NCBI GenBank assembly: GCA_964016885.1
Contig: OZ024745.1
Span: 25,544,001 to 25,608,000 of the forward strand
Reading direction: 5' to 3'
DNA: 64,000 nt
Origin: Eledone cirrhosa
Lineage: Eukaryota
Shown here: positions 1 to 16,210 of the stretch, one piece after another
Numbering within the stretch: position 1 is the stretch's first letter
Layout: every line of letters begins with the position of its first letter
The notes under the pieces: model-generated
Told to the model about the DNA's origin: nothing
Seen by the model: only the letters and a program-made list of their open reading frames with translations
Database searches by the model: none
Program-made: the position numbers and the translations under genes

Positions 1-330
1 GTTGTGAAAATAGCTGTGTGCAATGGCTGGTTGCATTTAACTGTAAGAGTTTATGATATTTATTTACCTTGCCTGTTGCAATCAACTTCAGAAACAGGTA
101 GACATAATGGCATTTAAATGTATTTTCGAGTATAGGTTAAGGCATGTTTGTGTGAGGTTGTGTGTGTGTGTGTCTGTGGATTTGTGTACATGTGTGTGTG
201 TGTGTCTACGTGTGTGTGTCTGTGTGCGTACTGTTAGATATGTGCATTAATGAGCAGATATCCTTGGGTGTAATATTTATGTGCAAGAGTTAACCATTCT
301 CCCCGTCTACCTGTCTACATTTCTCTTAGA

Positions 331-361
<31 letters not shown>

Positions 362-372
362 CATACATACAT

Positions 373-427
<55 letters not shown>

Positions 428-443
428 CATATATATATATATG

Positions 444-508
<65 letters not shown>

Positions 509-521
509 ATATATATATATG

Positions 522-614
<93 letters not shown>

Positions 615-711
615 ATATATATATATATATGCATACATTATATATATATATATATATACATGCATACATATATATATGTATATATATACATATATATATA
701 TATATGCATAC

Positions 712-830
<119 letters not shown>

Positions 831-1412
831 TATATATATATATATATGTATACATATATATATATATAAGACAGAAACTAGACTCTTTCATTGGAATTTA
901 GACATCAACTAGGTAATTATGTATATATATATATCTGCATGTGTATGTATGTATGTGTGTGTGTGTGGGGGGGGGGGGGGGTATGTACGTATGCATGTAT
1001 GTGTATATGTGTGTCTATATACCTATGTACATACGTACGTACGTATGTCTGTCTGTATAATTTTGGAGTGTCTATTTCTCAGCATAGTCAACCCGACGGC
1101 ACTATTGGTTACAGGAGGATTCTATCTATTTACAGCCCTCAATGAGAAATTCAGCTCTGGAAGCAGAAAAGTTTGGCGGGTATGTTATTAAATTAACTTT
1201 CCAGTACCGGGGTATTATTTCATTTTATTGAACCCACAAGGATAAGAGGCCACCTTGATGGAATGTCGAGCTCATAATGCAAAGAGACGAAACTAAGTAT
1301 TGCAAAGCATATTGTCCGATGCATGTTTCATATAAGCTATTTTTTTATGCAGACATATCTATATTCTTTTAGATATGAGTTTAAGTATATATCCCCGGGC
1401 GCATGCGTCCAC

Positions 1413-1499
<87 letters not shown>

Positions 1500-1539
1500 T
1501 AATTTCATTTCCCACTCTTAGTACGGCTGTTACTTAAAT

Positions 1540-1653
<114 letters not shown>

Positions 1654-1654
1654 C

Positions 1655-1697
<43 letters not shown>

Positions 1698-1772
1698 CAT
1701 ATATATGTATTTGTGTGTGTGTGTGTGTGTGTTCGTGTGTGTGCGTGTGTGTTTGTATGTGCGTGTGCGCGC

Positions 1773-1806
<34 letters not shown>

Positions 1807-2054
1807 GTGTGTTTATGCGTGTGCATCAGTCTGCAGTAGTTGCAACCGAAGTTATTTTTGAAGAAATAGTTGAAATATTTGTAAATTCTTGGTGTAAATA
1901 TAGCGATGTTAGATAAGAAGGTTTTAACGTCTTCTTGCCATGTGTCTCTATCTTTACATCTGCATATATCTATCTGTCTATCTGTCTGTCTCTCTGTCTG
2001 TCTCTCTGTCTGTGTACCTATCTGAAGCCGCATTTCTCTAATATACATACATAT

Positions 2055-2168
<114 letters not shown>

Positions 2169-2223
2169 ATATATTATAAAATAACAGGAGGCTGGACTGG
2201 TGTAAATCCTTGAAAGGTTTATT

Positions 2224-2281
2224 ATACTATGATCATTTCAATGGCCGGGTTCAGTATGAATCCGGTGACATCATCAGGTAT
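2224..2281 (-). ncRNA. Type I hammerhead ribozyme motif (family A, left arm)
   Basis: Reverse complement of 2447-2504. Confidence 0.75.
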
Positions 2282-2446
2282 TCAAAATATAACAAAGGAA
2301 TATAACAGATAAAATCCATGGGGCTGAAAATCAGAGACAAGAGAACAGCCGACTGAGGTAGAAGCTGGTAAATAGTCGGCTGTCCTCTTGTCTCTGATTT
2401 TCAGCCCCATGGATTTTATCTGTTATATTCCTTTGTTATATTTTGA

Positions 2447-2504
2447 ATACCTGATGATGTCACCGGATTCATACTGAACCCGGCCATTGAAATGATCATA
2501 GTAT
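2447..2504 (+). ncRNA. Type I hammerhead ribozyme motif (family A)
   Basis: ATAC-CTGATGA-stem II (CCGG-A-TTC / GAA-C-CCGG)-GAAA. Palindromic stem III ATGATCAT, then A17 and GTAT. Stem I is ATAC/GTAT. Confidence 0.8.
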
Positions 2505-2698
2505 AATAAACCTTTCAAGGATTTACACCAGTCCAGCCTCCTGTTATTTTATAATAATTAACTCCGTACTCGCACCACCAACTACACTAACGAAGACGGG
2601 TGAGTTGCATTACGTTGAGTACTCTCCATAACATTACATCGAGGTTGACCATACGGAATGATCAATTCTATCCAGTGGTGAACCAACAAACCTAAATA

Positions 2699-2851
<153 letters not shown>

Positions 2852-2971
2852 GTATAGCGGCTCTTATATACTAAATAATACATCTATGAATATTTAGCCA
2901 ACAATGTAGGTACAGATAGATGTAAATAACTTGTCTTTTATCGAATAAATTTGGAATGAAAAAAAGAAGCA

Positions 2972-3020
2972 TCGGTCCGACCGGTTTCGATCTTTACACT
3001 GGGACCTCATCAGTAACTGA
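2972..3020 (-). ncRNA. Hammerhead motif with partly decayed stem I
   Basis: Minus strand: CTGATGA-GGTC-ccagtgtaaa-GATC-GAAACCGGTC. Stem III palindrome ACCGGT, C17. Stem I tcagtta/ggaccga has two mismatches. Confidence 0.6.
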
Positions 3021-4212
3021 CTTCCCAGTTTTATTGTACACACGGTGTTGGTCAAAATCTGTAGATATATTCTATAGTACATAATAACAGAATCACACTG
3101 TTAACACGCAAGATATTTATATATGTGTTTTAAACCATCAATTTGTAAACCATCATAGTTTTTACAAGTCTTGAGCTGCTCTAATTAACAGCAAGAACAC
3201 ACCGAGTTATATCTACGCCAGTAGACAGAAAGTTTTCAGTAAACATTTTCAGTAAACATTTCATGACAGGAGAGAAATTAAACGAATTATAGACATTAAC
3301 GCAACGAAAAATTATGATTTGCCTGTGTTTCTATCTTGCTTATGTGTCCGTAGGCGGCAAATCGGCAGAGTTATTAGAACGGTTGGTAGAATGCTTTGCG
3401 ATATTCGATCCGGCTGAGTTCAAATTTTGCCAAGGTTAACTTTGCCTTTTTTCTATAAATAAAATATTAGTCAAGTAGTGGGATGGATTTTTCATCTATA
3501 TCACTCTCTCACTTCCTCTTCTCTTTCTCTCTGGAAAAAAAAAGCTATGTTCAGACCTGGAGAAGGATGGGCTCCGCCAAGTTTAAAATGTCCCCAATAC
3601 GTCGTATGTCACTGCGGTGACCCTATGATTCCTCCAATTATTACAAAATAGAAATGTTTATTTATTTATTTTTTATTGAAATATTATTTTCTACAAACAG
3701 CTGCATGTATTGGTAGCGTCAAATTTTTGAAGCAGAAATTACCATTTCATTTTTTTCTCATACTTGTACAATAAAGTCAAACATTTCTATGTGAAAACAA
3801 ATAGACTTTTGTTTTCATTAGGCATCTCAACAGATTAAGTATCTGCATTGGGTTTGCTGTATTGCTTGTTACTTACCACTTTGTTGGGAGTGACTTCCAA
3901 AAGAAGAAAAATATAGGACTAAACTGCTTTGCCCATATGCATACTCTAGATTTGCCAGTAAGCTAGAATAATTCCTTTCTGTTCATTGATTTGCAATGTA
4001 CATGTAGAGTTTTGAAAATTAATGCCAGTATAGGCTTCAAAATAAATGGCAATATCATTTTTAAAAATTCTATTTTTCACCCCCACCCCCCCATCCTTAT
4101 CTGTAGAGATTCCTTCTCAACAGGTTGGTCATTAACATTGCAAGTTAAACAAGAACATCAGTTAAAACAACCTTAGAAAGAATGGTTCCAAGGTTTCCGA
4201 AAGAAGATGAAA

Positions 4213-4494
4213 AGTCCAGAATTAGCCCCATGCCACTTCTGAATGTTCCTGAAGCTGAAGGAGAAGCTCAGCGGTATCCGCTTTGATGATGTGGAGAAGA
4301 TGAAAGAGACTGTGGCAAACGCCCTGGACACCTTCACTTTGGAGGACTACAAGGGGTCTTTAGAGTAGTGGCTGGAGCGCTACAAGTAGTGGCTGGATCG
4401 TTCAACAGTGAAGTTGAACGATCCTCTGCTTTGATGTAAACTAAAGTTTTGTGTTGATATGAGTTAAATAAATGTCTGTTGAGTGTGCCTCGTA
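4213..4494 (+). pseudogene. Mariner transposase C-terminal remnant
   Basis: Translates SPELAPCHF*MFLKLKEKLSGIRFDDVEKMKETV..., matching the mariner YSPDLAPCDF motif, with stop codons. Ends in a cctcgta TIR-like terminus. Confidence 0.7.
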
Positions 4495-5046
4495 TGTAGT
4501 GGGAACAAATGAAAATAGTTTGTGTAAATCTTCCTACATAAATTGTTATTAAGCAAAGGAATGTTCAGTGTACAGGTAATGTAGCTATCGAACAATCCAA
4601 TCCCACTGACCTGTGAATTATGTGTGAAAAATCACTATTTAAAAGCAAGTGCTTTAAAAGTACATGACATCGATGGTTAACTTTGCCTTTCATCCTTACG
4701 GCGTCGATAAAATAAAAAGTACCAGTAATGTACTGGTTATTTGCTGGCCTTGTGCCTAAAATAGAAACAATTATATTTTCTAGTGAAACTACTAAAGCAA
4801 CAGAAAATACTAGAAAATGGATACTTATAAAGGAAAATGAAATTAAGTGCATATGTACTCTCAGTATACCTAAACTCAATGTGTGCGTGTGTGTTTGTGT
4901 TTGTGTTTGTGTGTGCGCGTGTGTCTGTGTGTGATCAGTTCAGATTCAATTCGGCTTTCCTTCTAAAATGGTCGCTAACCTGTTTCAACAAATAAAAAAA
5001 GGTTTAATACGAATTGCCTATCCATCCAGCGAAGTTCTACGATCTT

Positions 5047-5111
<65 letters not shown>

Positions 5112-5114
<3 letters not shown>

Positions 5115-5550
5115 TGGTAAACGGAATAGAAAATGCTGACAAATTATTCACAGTTGAAAAATGGTTTAATTAGGAATAAAAGAGTATTAGTGATTGTATG
5201 GGTTAGTATTCAGTTGTGGTTTTAAGTTTTTAAGTTTTTACCGGTTGCGCATTTCTAAATGCTTTTCAAAAATAATTTTGAGATAGAGTGTCCGTGTTGT
5301 TTGCTCTGATCGAGATCAGAGCAAACAACACGGACACTCTATCTCAAAATTATTTTTGAAAAGCATTTAGAAATGCGCAACCGGTAAAAACTTAAAAACT
5401 TAAAACCACAACTGAATACTAACCCATACAATCACTAATACTCTTTTATTCCTAATTAAACCATTTTTCAACTGTGAACAATTTGTCAGCATTTTCTATT
5501 CCGTTTACCAATATATAATAACTTGTGTGTTACACCTCTATTCTTTTAAC
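5112..5550. mobile_element. Fold-back insertion with about 200-bp arms in (TA)n, PLE-like architecture
   Basis: Arms about 5112-5311 and 5314-5513, axis ctctgatc-ga-gatcagag, short tail to about 5550. No hammerhead core found. Confidence 0.6.
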
Positions 5551-5565
5551 TATATATATATGTAT

Positions 5566-6172
<607 letters not shown>

Positions 6173-6597
6173 GTTATATATATATATATATATACAAGTA
6201 AAAATTAGCGAGAATCGAATTTCAGCTCAGGAATTAACGAGAATCACTTCCGAGTTGTGTGGGAAGCGCTCGATAATTCATACGTTAAAGGCCAAACACA
6301 CTGAGATGGTGGTTAAACTAATCATCCACACAGCGAAAAATCGATCGCCTATTTCGGGTCAAACAGATATACAGATATAAAAATATATAAAAATATAAAT
6401 GGTTATATATATATATATACTTAAGGTAAATATTGATGTAATTCAATTCAAGCACTCAACGTACTTTTTCCACATAGGAGTGACGGAGTATATATCGAAT
6501 AAGGGAACGGGAGAAGGATTCAAGAGCACACGCTTTGTCCGTTCCCATGTCGATTCAATTTGGATTGCCTCGGAAACATAACCTTATTATGTAAGAA

Positions 6598-6672
6598 GCT
6601 GTCTGATGATGTCACGGCACTGGGTACACCGAAGCGTGTGGCCACTGTCGTCATTGAAATATGTATCACAGC
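6598..6672 (+). ncRNA. Type I hammerhead ribozyme motif
   Basis: GCTGT-CTGATGA-long stem II-GAAA-TATGTAT-C17-ACAGC. Stem I is a perfect 5-bp GCTGT/ACAGC. Confidence 0.75.
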
Positions 6673-6719
6673 ATTATCATTAAAGGACTTTAACATCTGA
6701 AACTACTTCGCTTTTTCTT

Positions 6720-7085
<366 letters not shown>

Positions 7086-7160
7086 ATATATATATATAAT
7101 CAAGGTTAAGAAAAAGTTTCAAAATAAATTAAAAAAAATTAACTTTACTTACTATAGTTA

Positions 7161-7242
7161 CCTTTACCGAATCGGTTTCGAGTCTTAAAAATAAACGGAG
7201 TCCATACGGCATCCGTTGCAAAGAAAAACTCTCGTCAGAAGG
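7161..7242 (-). ncRNA. Type I hammerhead ribozyme motif
   Basis: Minus strand: CCTT-CTGACGA-GAGT...AACGGA..TCCGTT...ACTC-GAAA-CCGATTCGGT-A17-AAGG. All three stems pair. Confidence 0.8.
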
Positions 7243-7675
7243 ATCTTTTCATTCGAAGAATATAAAATTCCCGAATTCAAATTACGAACTGGCGCTATTC
7301 AAAATTGTTCCCGAGATGAGAGTAAATGAAGTGATATATATATATATATAAGAAAATTCAGCAAGAAAATAACAATACAATACAACACAAGTTAGCTATT
7401 GCTCATTGTTTCCACCTTTTTTTTCCAGATTCTTCAAGTACGAATCATTGTTTTTATAACCCTTTTTATAGTCTTACCTACCTTATCATACTCTCACCGA
7501 GCAGGCACTTGGTCCGCGGCCTTTCCAAGGCATTGATTAGCATTTCCTCAAATTTCTTAATAGAAGCTTACGTCTCTTTATATCTTGTACTGTACCTATA
7601 ACCCCCATTTACACCGAGAAAGCCGTCATGGTGTTTCCAACCTGGCAATCCATTGTAAACACTATCCGAGATAAT

Positions 7676-7855
7676 TACGAGGGTTGGTCGAAAAGTTCAT
7701 AGGCTGACCAAGATACTCTCATAGAATGACCAAAAAAGGTTTATTTTTCAACACAGTCTCTGGAGAGCAACAATACAATTATTAATAAGAAGAGTTAATG
7801 CATGCAACATTTCACAGCTCTAGCATCAATATGAACTTTTCAGTCGATCCTCGTA
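7676..7855. mobile_element. Mariner-type MITE
   Basis: TIRs tacgagggttggtcgaaaagttcata ... tatgaacttttcagtcgatcctcgta with TA ends. Relatives at about 22008-22215 and 35568-36015. Confidence 0.75.
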
Positions 7856-7869
7856 GATCGCCGTCGTTT

Positions 7870-8220
7870 ATCATTGAAATAGGTTTCAAGAAGATCGCAA
7901 AGAAGTGACCATTCTGATTTTCTACAAGTCCAACATGCGTAGAGAGAGATTACAATAGCTGTGGTGTTGTTCATGGCTAGTCTTAGTTTAATTATCCTAA
8001 GCCCTCCCCGACTACCCCAGTTTGTCCATCTCCTGGCTAACAGCATTCCTACACCACCGCCGCAATCAATGCTACCCACCCAGAAGAAATTGTACTTAAG
8101 TTCCTTGCATGTATTGAGGCTGGCTGAAGTTCCCCATTACTTTATTTCTAGTAGACACAGCATACACATCTTTTCTCCTGCATCTCCACAATGTCACCAG
8201 ACCTAACTTTCACCGTGTTC
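7870..8220 (-). pseudogene. RTE-clade APE endonuclease remnant
   Basis: Minus-strand translation ...FFWVGSIDCGGGVGMLLARRW...RIIKLRL...VISLYA resembles the non-LTR APE domain. Confidence 0.55.
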
Positions 8221-8231
8221 CTATATCTATC

Positions 8232-8265
<34 letters not shown>

Positions 8266-8310
8266 TGTATGTATGTATGTATGTGTATGTATGTATGTAC
8301 GTATGTATGT

Positions 8311-8580
8311 TATCTCTTTCTCTTAATTTCGAGTATATTTTTTTGACCGGCCACCTTCCTGGTGGCAAGGTTGCAAAAGAAAAGAAATTGTCATCCCTTG
8401 AATCGCAAGACTATTTTGCAGATTTTGAAGGCGCTAGCTATCGCAGCCATTTGTAGACTATGAATTAGGGAGCGGCGCTCTTTGTCCGCAAATCGAAGTT
8501 CAGTCATACTTTGGTCCAAGCGGGTTAGTATATAACCCGTAGCTCCAATAATGATGGGTATGAAGCTAAAGGTGTATCTA
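8311..8580 (-). mobile_element. R4/Dong-like non-LTR retrotransposon 3' fragment in (CATA)n
   Basis: Near-identical to 42107-42377 (RYTFSFIPIIIGATG...LRFKG plus 3' UTR). Flanked by (TATG)n. Confidence 0.75.
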
Positions 8581-8618
8581 TGCATGTATGTATGTATGTA
8601 TGTATGTATGTATGTATG

Positions 8619-8649
<31 letters not shown>

Positions 8650-9473
8650 GTATGTATGAATGTATGTGTGTGTGTATGTATATACGTGCGTATGTAAGTA
8701 TATATATGCATGGATATATCTAAGTATATTTGTATGTATACATGTGTGTATGTATATATAATGTATATAATGTATGTATATGCGTATGTATGTACATAAT
8801 GTAGATATGTAAGCATACATACATACATACATACATACATACATACATACATGCACACACATACACAGAGATTGATGTTGCGATAGAAAGTCAGATTATA
8901 CGAGAGGGATGAAAGACAGAGAATGAAACTGCTCGGTTGGTAAAACTGCCGACATTCATAGTTTTGCCTCGTATTTCTGTTTCGTTTTTAGCAGTAATTC
9001 AAGGATAATTATTTAAGGTTTTACTCGCTAATGGGGCAAATCAAATTAAAACTGATTCCTGACCTTTAAATATGGACCAATGGGTTTAAAGGTCGAATAT
9101 TTAGTTAATAATATGTTGACAAGTTACATCGCTGTTTTTAGTTATACGGTAAGATTTTGATAACTTTCCATTTGACTCTGTTTAATTTAAAAACGTTATA
9201 CTTTTCCTTCAAACCTCTCCCCCACTCCAGTTGGTGGTTATTTCCGACGTTGTTTGTTAGATAGAAAGAAAACATACACAACAACATGATTTCCAAAAGA
9301 GAGGAAGAACAACTCTTAACAACAAAATAATGGCAATGGATAAAGATAGGTAGTTAGGTAGATAGATAGATGTGTAAGTAGACAGAGAGACAGAGAGACA
9401 GAGAGACAGACAAAACGAGCTAATTAGCTGGCTAGGTAGATATATAGTTAGATGGGTAGATAGATAGATAGAT

Positions 9474-9562
<89 letters not shown>

Positions 9563-9574
9563 GAGAGAGTGATT

Positions 9575-9608
<34 letters not shown>

Positions 9609-9714
9609 TAGATAGATAGATAGATAGGTATTAGTTCATTTAAATAGCTTCGTGGTTTATTACATCGCATATTTTATTCCCTTGCTCAAAGCAACATATA
9701 TGTATATAACATGA

Positions 9715-10245
9715 ATTGGCAGTATCGGTAGAGGGTTGGACGCCATGCTTTCTAGCATAGTTACGTCCCTTTAGGTCTGAGTTCAAATCCCGGCGAGGTT
9801 AACTTTGCCTTTCATCCTTACGGGGGTCGATAAAATAAAGTACCAGTAATGTACTGGATAATTGCTGGCCTTGTGCCAAAAGTAGAATTATTATTGACAT
9901 TGATCATTATTTTGGGGAACAATAGGCTTTGCAGCATTGAATTACGGTCTTTTACATTCTGAGTTCTAATCCTGATGAGGTTAGCTTTGCTTTTCATCCT
10001 TACGGCGTCCATAAAATACCCTACCAGTCACGCATTGGGGTCGATTTAATCGACTTTCCATCCCTCAAAATTGTTGGAATTGTGCTTAAATCAGAAACCA
10101 TTATTAGGACTTTGCCTTTCATCTTTACAGGGTCGATAAAATAAAGTACCAGTAATGCACTGGGTAATTGCTGGCCTTGTGCCTAAAGTAGAAACAATTA
10201 TTAGTAGGGCGGTAGATTGACAGTATCGGTAGAGCATCAGACAAC
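9715..10245 (+). mobile_element. Cluster of tRNA-derived Nin/Deu-domain SINE copies
   Basis: A box TGGCAGTATCGG, B box GTTCAAATC, core gcctttcatccttacggggtcgataaaataaagtaccag. Three to four tandem full or partial copies. Confidence 0.8.
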
Positions 10246-10407
10246 AGCCTATATATACAAGATATTGCCGGAAAGATAAGGAACACTAGCAGATATAGAG
10301 TCTCTATGACCTGTGCTAGAGAAACCTTAGGTATCATGTAATTGTGTTGATAAATTATTTATAATAATGATTATATGGTTTCTACATTTTGATATGATAA
10401 TATATAT

Positions 10408-11353
<946 letters not shown>

Positions 11354-11417
11354 GTATATATAAATATGAATACACACACATATATATATATCTACACATA
11401 TATATATATATATGTAC

Positions 11418-11452
<35 letters not shown>

Positions 11453-11455
<3 letters not shown>

Positions 11456-11672
11456 GGTTTCTTATATAGGCACAAGGCCAGCAATTTTGGGGGAAGAGAA
11501 AGTCGATTAAACGACCCCAGTGCGTGACTGGTACCTTATTTTATCGACCCCGTAAGGGTGAAAGGCAAAGATAACCTTGGCGGGATTTGATTTGAACTCA
11601 GATCATAAAGGAGCGTAACTCTATGCTGCAAAGCATGGCGTCCGACCCTCTACCGATGCTGCCAATCCACCG
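11453..11672 (-). mobile_element. Nin/Deu-domain SINE
   Basis: Reverse complement of the SINE consensus. Confidence 0.8.
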
Positions 11673-12170
11673 CACGCAATGCTAAAATGTCACAAAATGA
11701 AAAGGTCACAAAATGTCACAAAATCAACTAGCATAGCAGCATACCATCATACCAGCAAAACGGGTGTGTAAAATTCATCTCAACTACAAGTCTGTGTAAG
11801 TTAGTACTGGGATATTTCAATGGGGCCACACTGAGTCTGTCAAACCATAACACATATACTATTACTGCAGTGTCTGTTTTTAGTTATATATCTTATAATA
11901 TATTAGATGCATCTGAAAATCGTAGCAATTGCATGCAATATTATGCATCAAGTAGACATGTGATATATATACATAATAAAAAATTAGAAATAAGATACAC
12001 CAATAACATTTTCAAGTGTTTTATAATATATTTATACTCAACTAACCATTTTGTTTTATTGCATATATTATGAGTAGTAATGTCACTGGGGATAGAATTC
12101 CATTGTTCCTTTTAACTGGTTTGGGGATTCTAGTATATATCTTCAACTATAATTAGAACTAGATATGCGT

Positions 12171-12360
12171 GCGTTGGATTGGCAGTATCGGTAGAGGGTC
12201 GGACGCCATGCTTTGCAGCAAAGAGTTACGGCCCTTTATGGTTTGAGTTCAAATCCCGCCAAGGTTAACTTTGCCTTTCATCCTTACGGGGTCGATAAAA
12301 TAAAGTACCAGTAATACACTGGGATAATTGCTGGCCCTGTGCCAAAAGTAGAAACAATAA
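12171..12360 (+). mobile_element. Nin/Deu-domain SINE (representative full-length copy)
   Basis: A box, B box, Nin core and gtagaaacaat end. Further copies at about 3353, 4675, 14740, 14901, 16487(-), 17760(-), 18586, 18796, 20118(-), 27385(-), 27620(-), 29591(-), 30655, 43445, 45572(-), 49744, 55040, 55418, 56330 and 57904. Confidence 0.85.
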
Positions 12361-12377
12361 TTAGAACTAGATATATA

Positions 12378-12411
<34 letters not shown>

Positions 12412-12472
12412 TAAATAGGATATATATATATATATGTATGTATATATACGATATATATATATATATATATAT

Positions 12473-12735
12473 ATTGTTATACTTTGGGAGGGTCATGTTA
12501 CCAATAAGAAACACACACACCAGTTGCTTTCACTTCAATTTATTATAAATTAAATTTATAAATTTAAGAATTTATAAATTTCCGGTTGGTTGGTTGGTTC
12601 CACAACCGGACGGTTGTTCATATATTGTCAAAGTTCTTTCGTCACACATTCTGTGACCTCTTCAGTGGCTGGGGATTCTTCTCTTTGTTTTGTGCCTCTC
12701 CTTTGTTCTGTCCTACGTCATCTTGTTTTTGTGTC
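12473..12735 (-). mobile_element. PLE family C 3' fragment with hammerhead at 12627-12669
   Basis: Near-identical to the 3' UTR of the GIY-YIG element at 58722-59120. Confidence 0.8.
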
Positions 12736-12835
12736 ACACACATACATATGCATGCTTAAATATATGCTTATATATATAATATATATATAGAGAGATTAGT
12801 TAACGAGATATCGTTTAAGGTAATCCAATCATTTA

Positions 12836-12892
<57 letters not shown>

Positions 12893-13099
12893 TGTATATA
12901 CTTATATATATGTGTGTAACTGTTATCCATTCACCGTCGAACCGGCAAAAGCTCAACCATCGTGCAGAAACTCATAAGTCATACATTTTACTTTCTTGAG
13001 CATCGAGTACTAAGCCATACAATGGTCTAGACATCTAAACGTCTACACTGGTAACGTATCAACTCTCCCTCTCGCTCTCCCTCTCCCTCTCTCTCTCCC

Positions 13100-13127
<28 letters not shown>

Positions 13128-13131
<4 letters not shown>

Positions 13132-13432
13132 CACAGAAAAAAGAGAATCAGTTGTGCGACGAAAGGAATTTATTGGACATATTACAATTGTTTCCTATTA
13201 GGAAAATCTGTTTCGTAGAATCGAGACGTATTAGACGACCGCGCGATTTCAGAGTCAGGTGTGATCACCACATCGATCGTACCTCAAGCTGGTCGCCCGA
13301 GAATCAATTGTAATATGTCCAATAAATTCCTTTCGTCGCAACACTGATTCTCCTTTTTCTGTGATATACTCTGCTCATTGAGGGCATCGAGTGCCTACCG
13401 CATACGGACGCTTTAAGCATCCAACACCAATT
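13128..13432. mobile_element. PLE-like fold-back insertion in (TA)n
   Basis: Arms about 13128-13190 and 13305-13367, then a tail. The minus strand carries GAAACAATTGTA, a hammerhead 3' half. Confidence 0.65.
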
Positions 13433-15410
13433 ATATATATATATATATATTAGTTTAAGATGGTAGTATGGACGAACCAAGAGGAGAAAAGAAAAGGTGA
13501 AAAGAAATCCTTCATCAGCTGTAAAACCGAGATCAAGATGTTTCGGCGCTTAATACAGGACATCTATAAACGATCAGCGGTGCGCCCAAGGCCTTTTGAT
13601 TGAGAAAAGGCCAGGAGGGAAAGAAAAAAGAAGAAGAAAAAAGGGGGAAAGGTAGTGAGGAGAGAGGAAGAAAGAGAAAGAACAGGTAAGCGGACCAGAT
13701 AGTGGGGGACACAGGACAATGGAACATGCAACTGAGTAACCGAGGAAAAATTGGGATAGAATAAGTTTTAGCTTACCGATTAAACGTAAGTCTGGGGGGA
13801 TGCGATAACGAAGAGGAGAGAGAGAGTACAAACATGATTGTTTTCGAGCTTAATCTTTATTATTAAGGCTTTCCATATTTTCTTAATCAATTATGTTTAA
13901 TTTGGAAGAGAATGATTCCTAAATGTATTATTAACGTTCCAGGCATTATTGGTGTTTGATAGTATTGATAATACTTCTAGAGTATCGGCACTCCTGAGAA
14001 CTGCATTTCAGTTGAATTAGCTTATCTAGCACCTGACACTACATCCATACTCCAACTCATGGATTAGCGCAGAATTTCTAATGTAAAGTCCTATTGTCTT
14101 CCTTGCACTTTCAGACTTTTTGTTGAAGAAACATATTGTAAAATGAGCAATCATTCAGAGACCGTTGGTAAAAGTACTATATCATGATGATCATAGCAAA
14201 TACCAAAAATGTTTATGATAAAGCAACCGAGAACTGCCAGAGAGGAGTATATAAGATCTGGCCAGAAACATATGATGAATTCTCACAGTTATCTATAGAA
14301 GTTCTACAGGATTTAGCTCAGCAACTCATTTCAAATGAACCTGAAGACCAGGAATGACAGAAAGAAGTCTTACTATCGAATTCTCCCAATAACTACATCG
14401 CTAAGTACCAGTTAAATAAGAATTACTTTCAGTGGGAAAGCAGAAGCAAAGCTAAGAGAGGCTTTTTAGATAGAACATCCTACTACTATTAATTGCAATA
14501 TATGCGAAGATTTGAGATATATGTACACAACATTCGACACATTCTTCAAAAGGTAACCAATGAGCAAAGAAGAAGCACAGCCCAGTCCTTCTTAGATATA
14601 GTCTCTTCTGTCTTATATCTCACTAATATTTTTCAATGAAATTCCCGGTGTGAAGGATTGTCCACATATAATTAAACTCATTGTTATTGTTGGTTTTATT
14701 TCTCGAAGTAGGGGTTCCAACGTTCTACTGTATCGCTAGAGCGTCGGACACCCTGCTTCAAGTTTCGGATCTTTACGTTCTGACTTCAAATCCTGTCGAG
14801 GTTAGCTTTGCTTTTCATCCATACGGGGTCGATAGAATAAAGTACCAGTCACACATTGGGGTCGATTTAATCGACCCCCCCCCCCCCCTAAAAAAAAGAA
14901 GGGCGTTGGATTGGCAGTATCGGTAGAGGTGTCGAACGCCATGCTTTGCAGCAAAGAGTTACGGCCCTTTATAGTCTGAGTTCAAATCCCGCCGAGGTTA
15001 ACTTTGCCTTTCATCCTTACAGGGTCGATAAAATAAAGTACCAGTAATACACTGAGTAATTGCTGGCCTTGTGCCAAAAGTAGAAACAATTATTATTACT
15101 ATTTTTCGATATGAGGTTCAGCTAAAGGCGAATAACTCTGTAGAGACTCTAATAGGTTATGATTTGGTAATTTATATTAACTGCTCTTTCACACTTCTAT
15201 TACATAGTTTCTTACCCGTTTGTTATCGCTATATACACATAAACACGCACACACGCACGCACGCACACATATAAAATATATATACACGTGAACGCTCACA
15301 CATGCTCTTCACACATACCCATCTAAACACGCACGCACACACACACTCACACACACACATATATATATATATATACATATATCTATACTTACATTTATAC
15401 ATATATGTCT

Positions 15411-15588
<178 letters not shown>

Positions 15589-15589
15589 G

Positions 15590-15699
<110 letters not shown>

Positions 15700-15964
15700 G
15701 GAGGAGTTGTGGTAAGGAACCAGATGGACCATAACGCACCAGAGTACTCAATACTTAGGGTAGTAGAGTGGGTAATAGGAGAAAGTATGACCCCGACGGC
15801 AGAGCTCAAGCCGTTTCGACGGCTATTTCTAAACTTTAGTCCAGAAATAGCCGTCGAAACGGCTTGAGCTCTGCCGTCGAGGTCATACTTTCTCCTATAT
15901 ATATATACTTACATATATATATATATATACACATATATCCCTCAGGTCAGCTTTTATATATATG

Positions 15965-16029
<65 letters not shown>

Positions 16030-16166
16030 TTACATACTTATATTGGCTGACAGTTATTTTAATGACAGTATAAATTAGAATACAATCTTATGACTCTGCG
16101 CAGGCGTACAGTCATACTGACGCATGTATACACGCGCGAGCACGTGCACTTGCACACACCCAAACG

Positions 16167-16210
<44 letters not shown>

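Larger units (their letters stand above)
2172..2697. mobile_element. Penelope-like fold-back insertion, family A, in (TA)n
   Basis: Near-perfect inverted arms about 2172-2354 and 2374-2556, with a tail 2557-2697 on the right arm. Flanked by (TA)n. Hammerhead in each arm. Related copies at about 51950-52310 and 60865-61080. Confidence 0.8.

Noticed and set aside
12171-12262. tRNA gene
   Set aside because: The A and B boxes belong to a multi-copy SINE head with long box spacing, and no cloverleaf was found.
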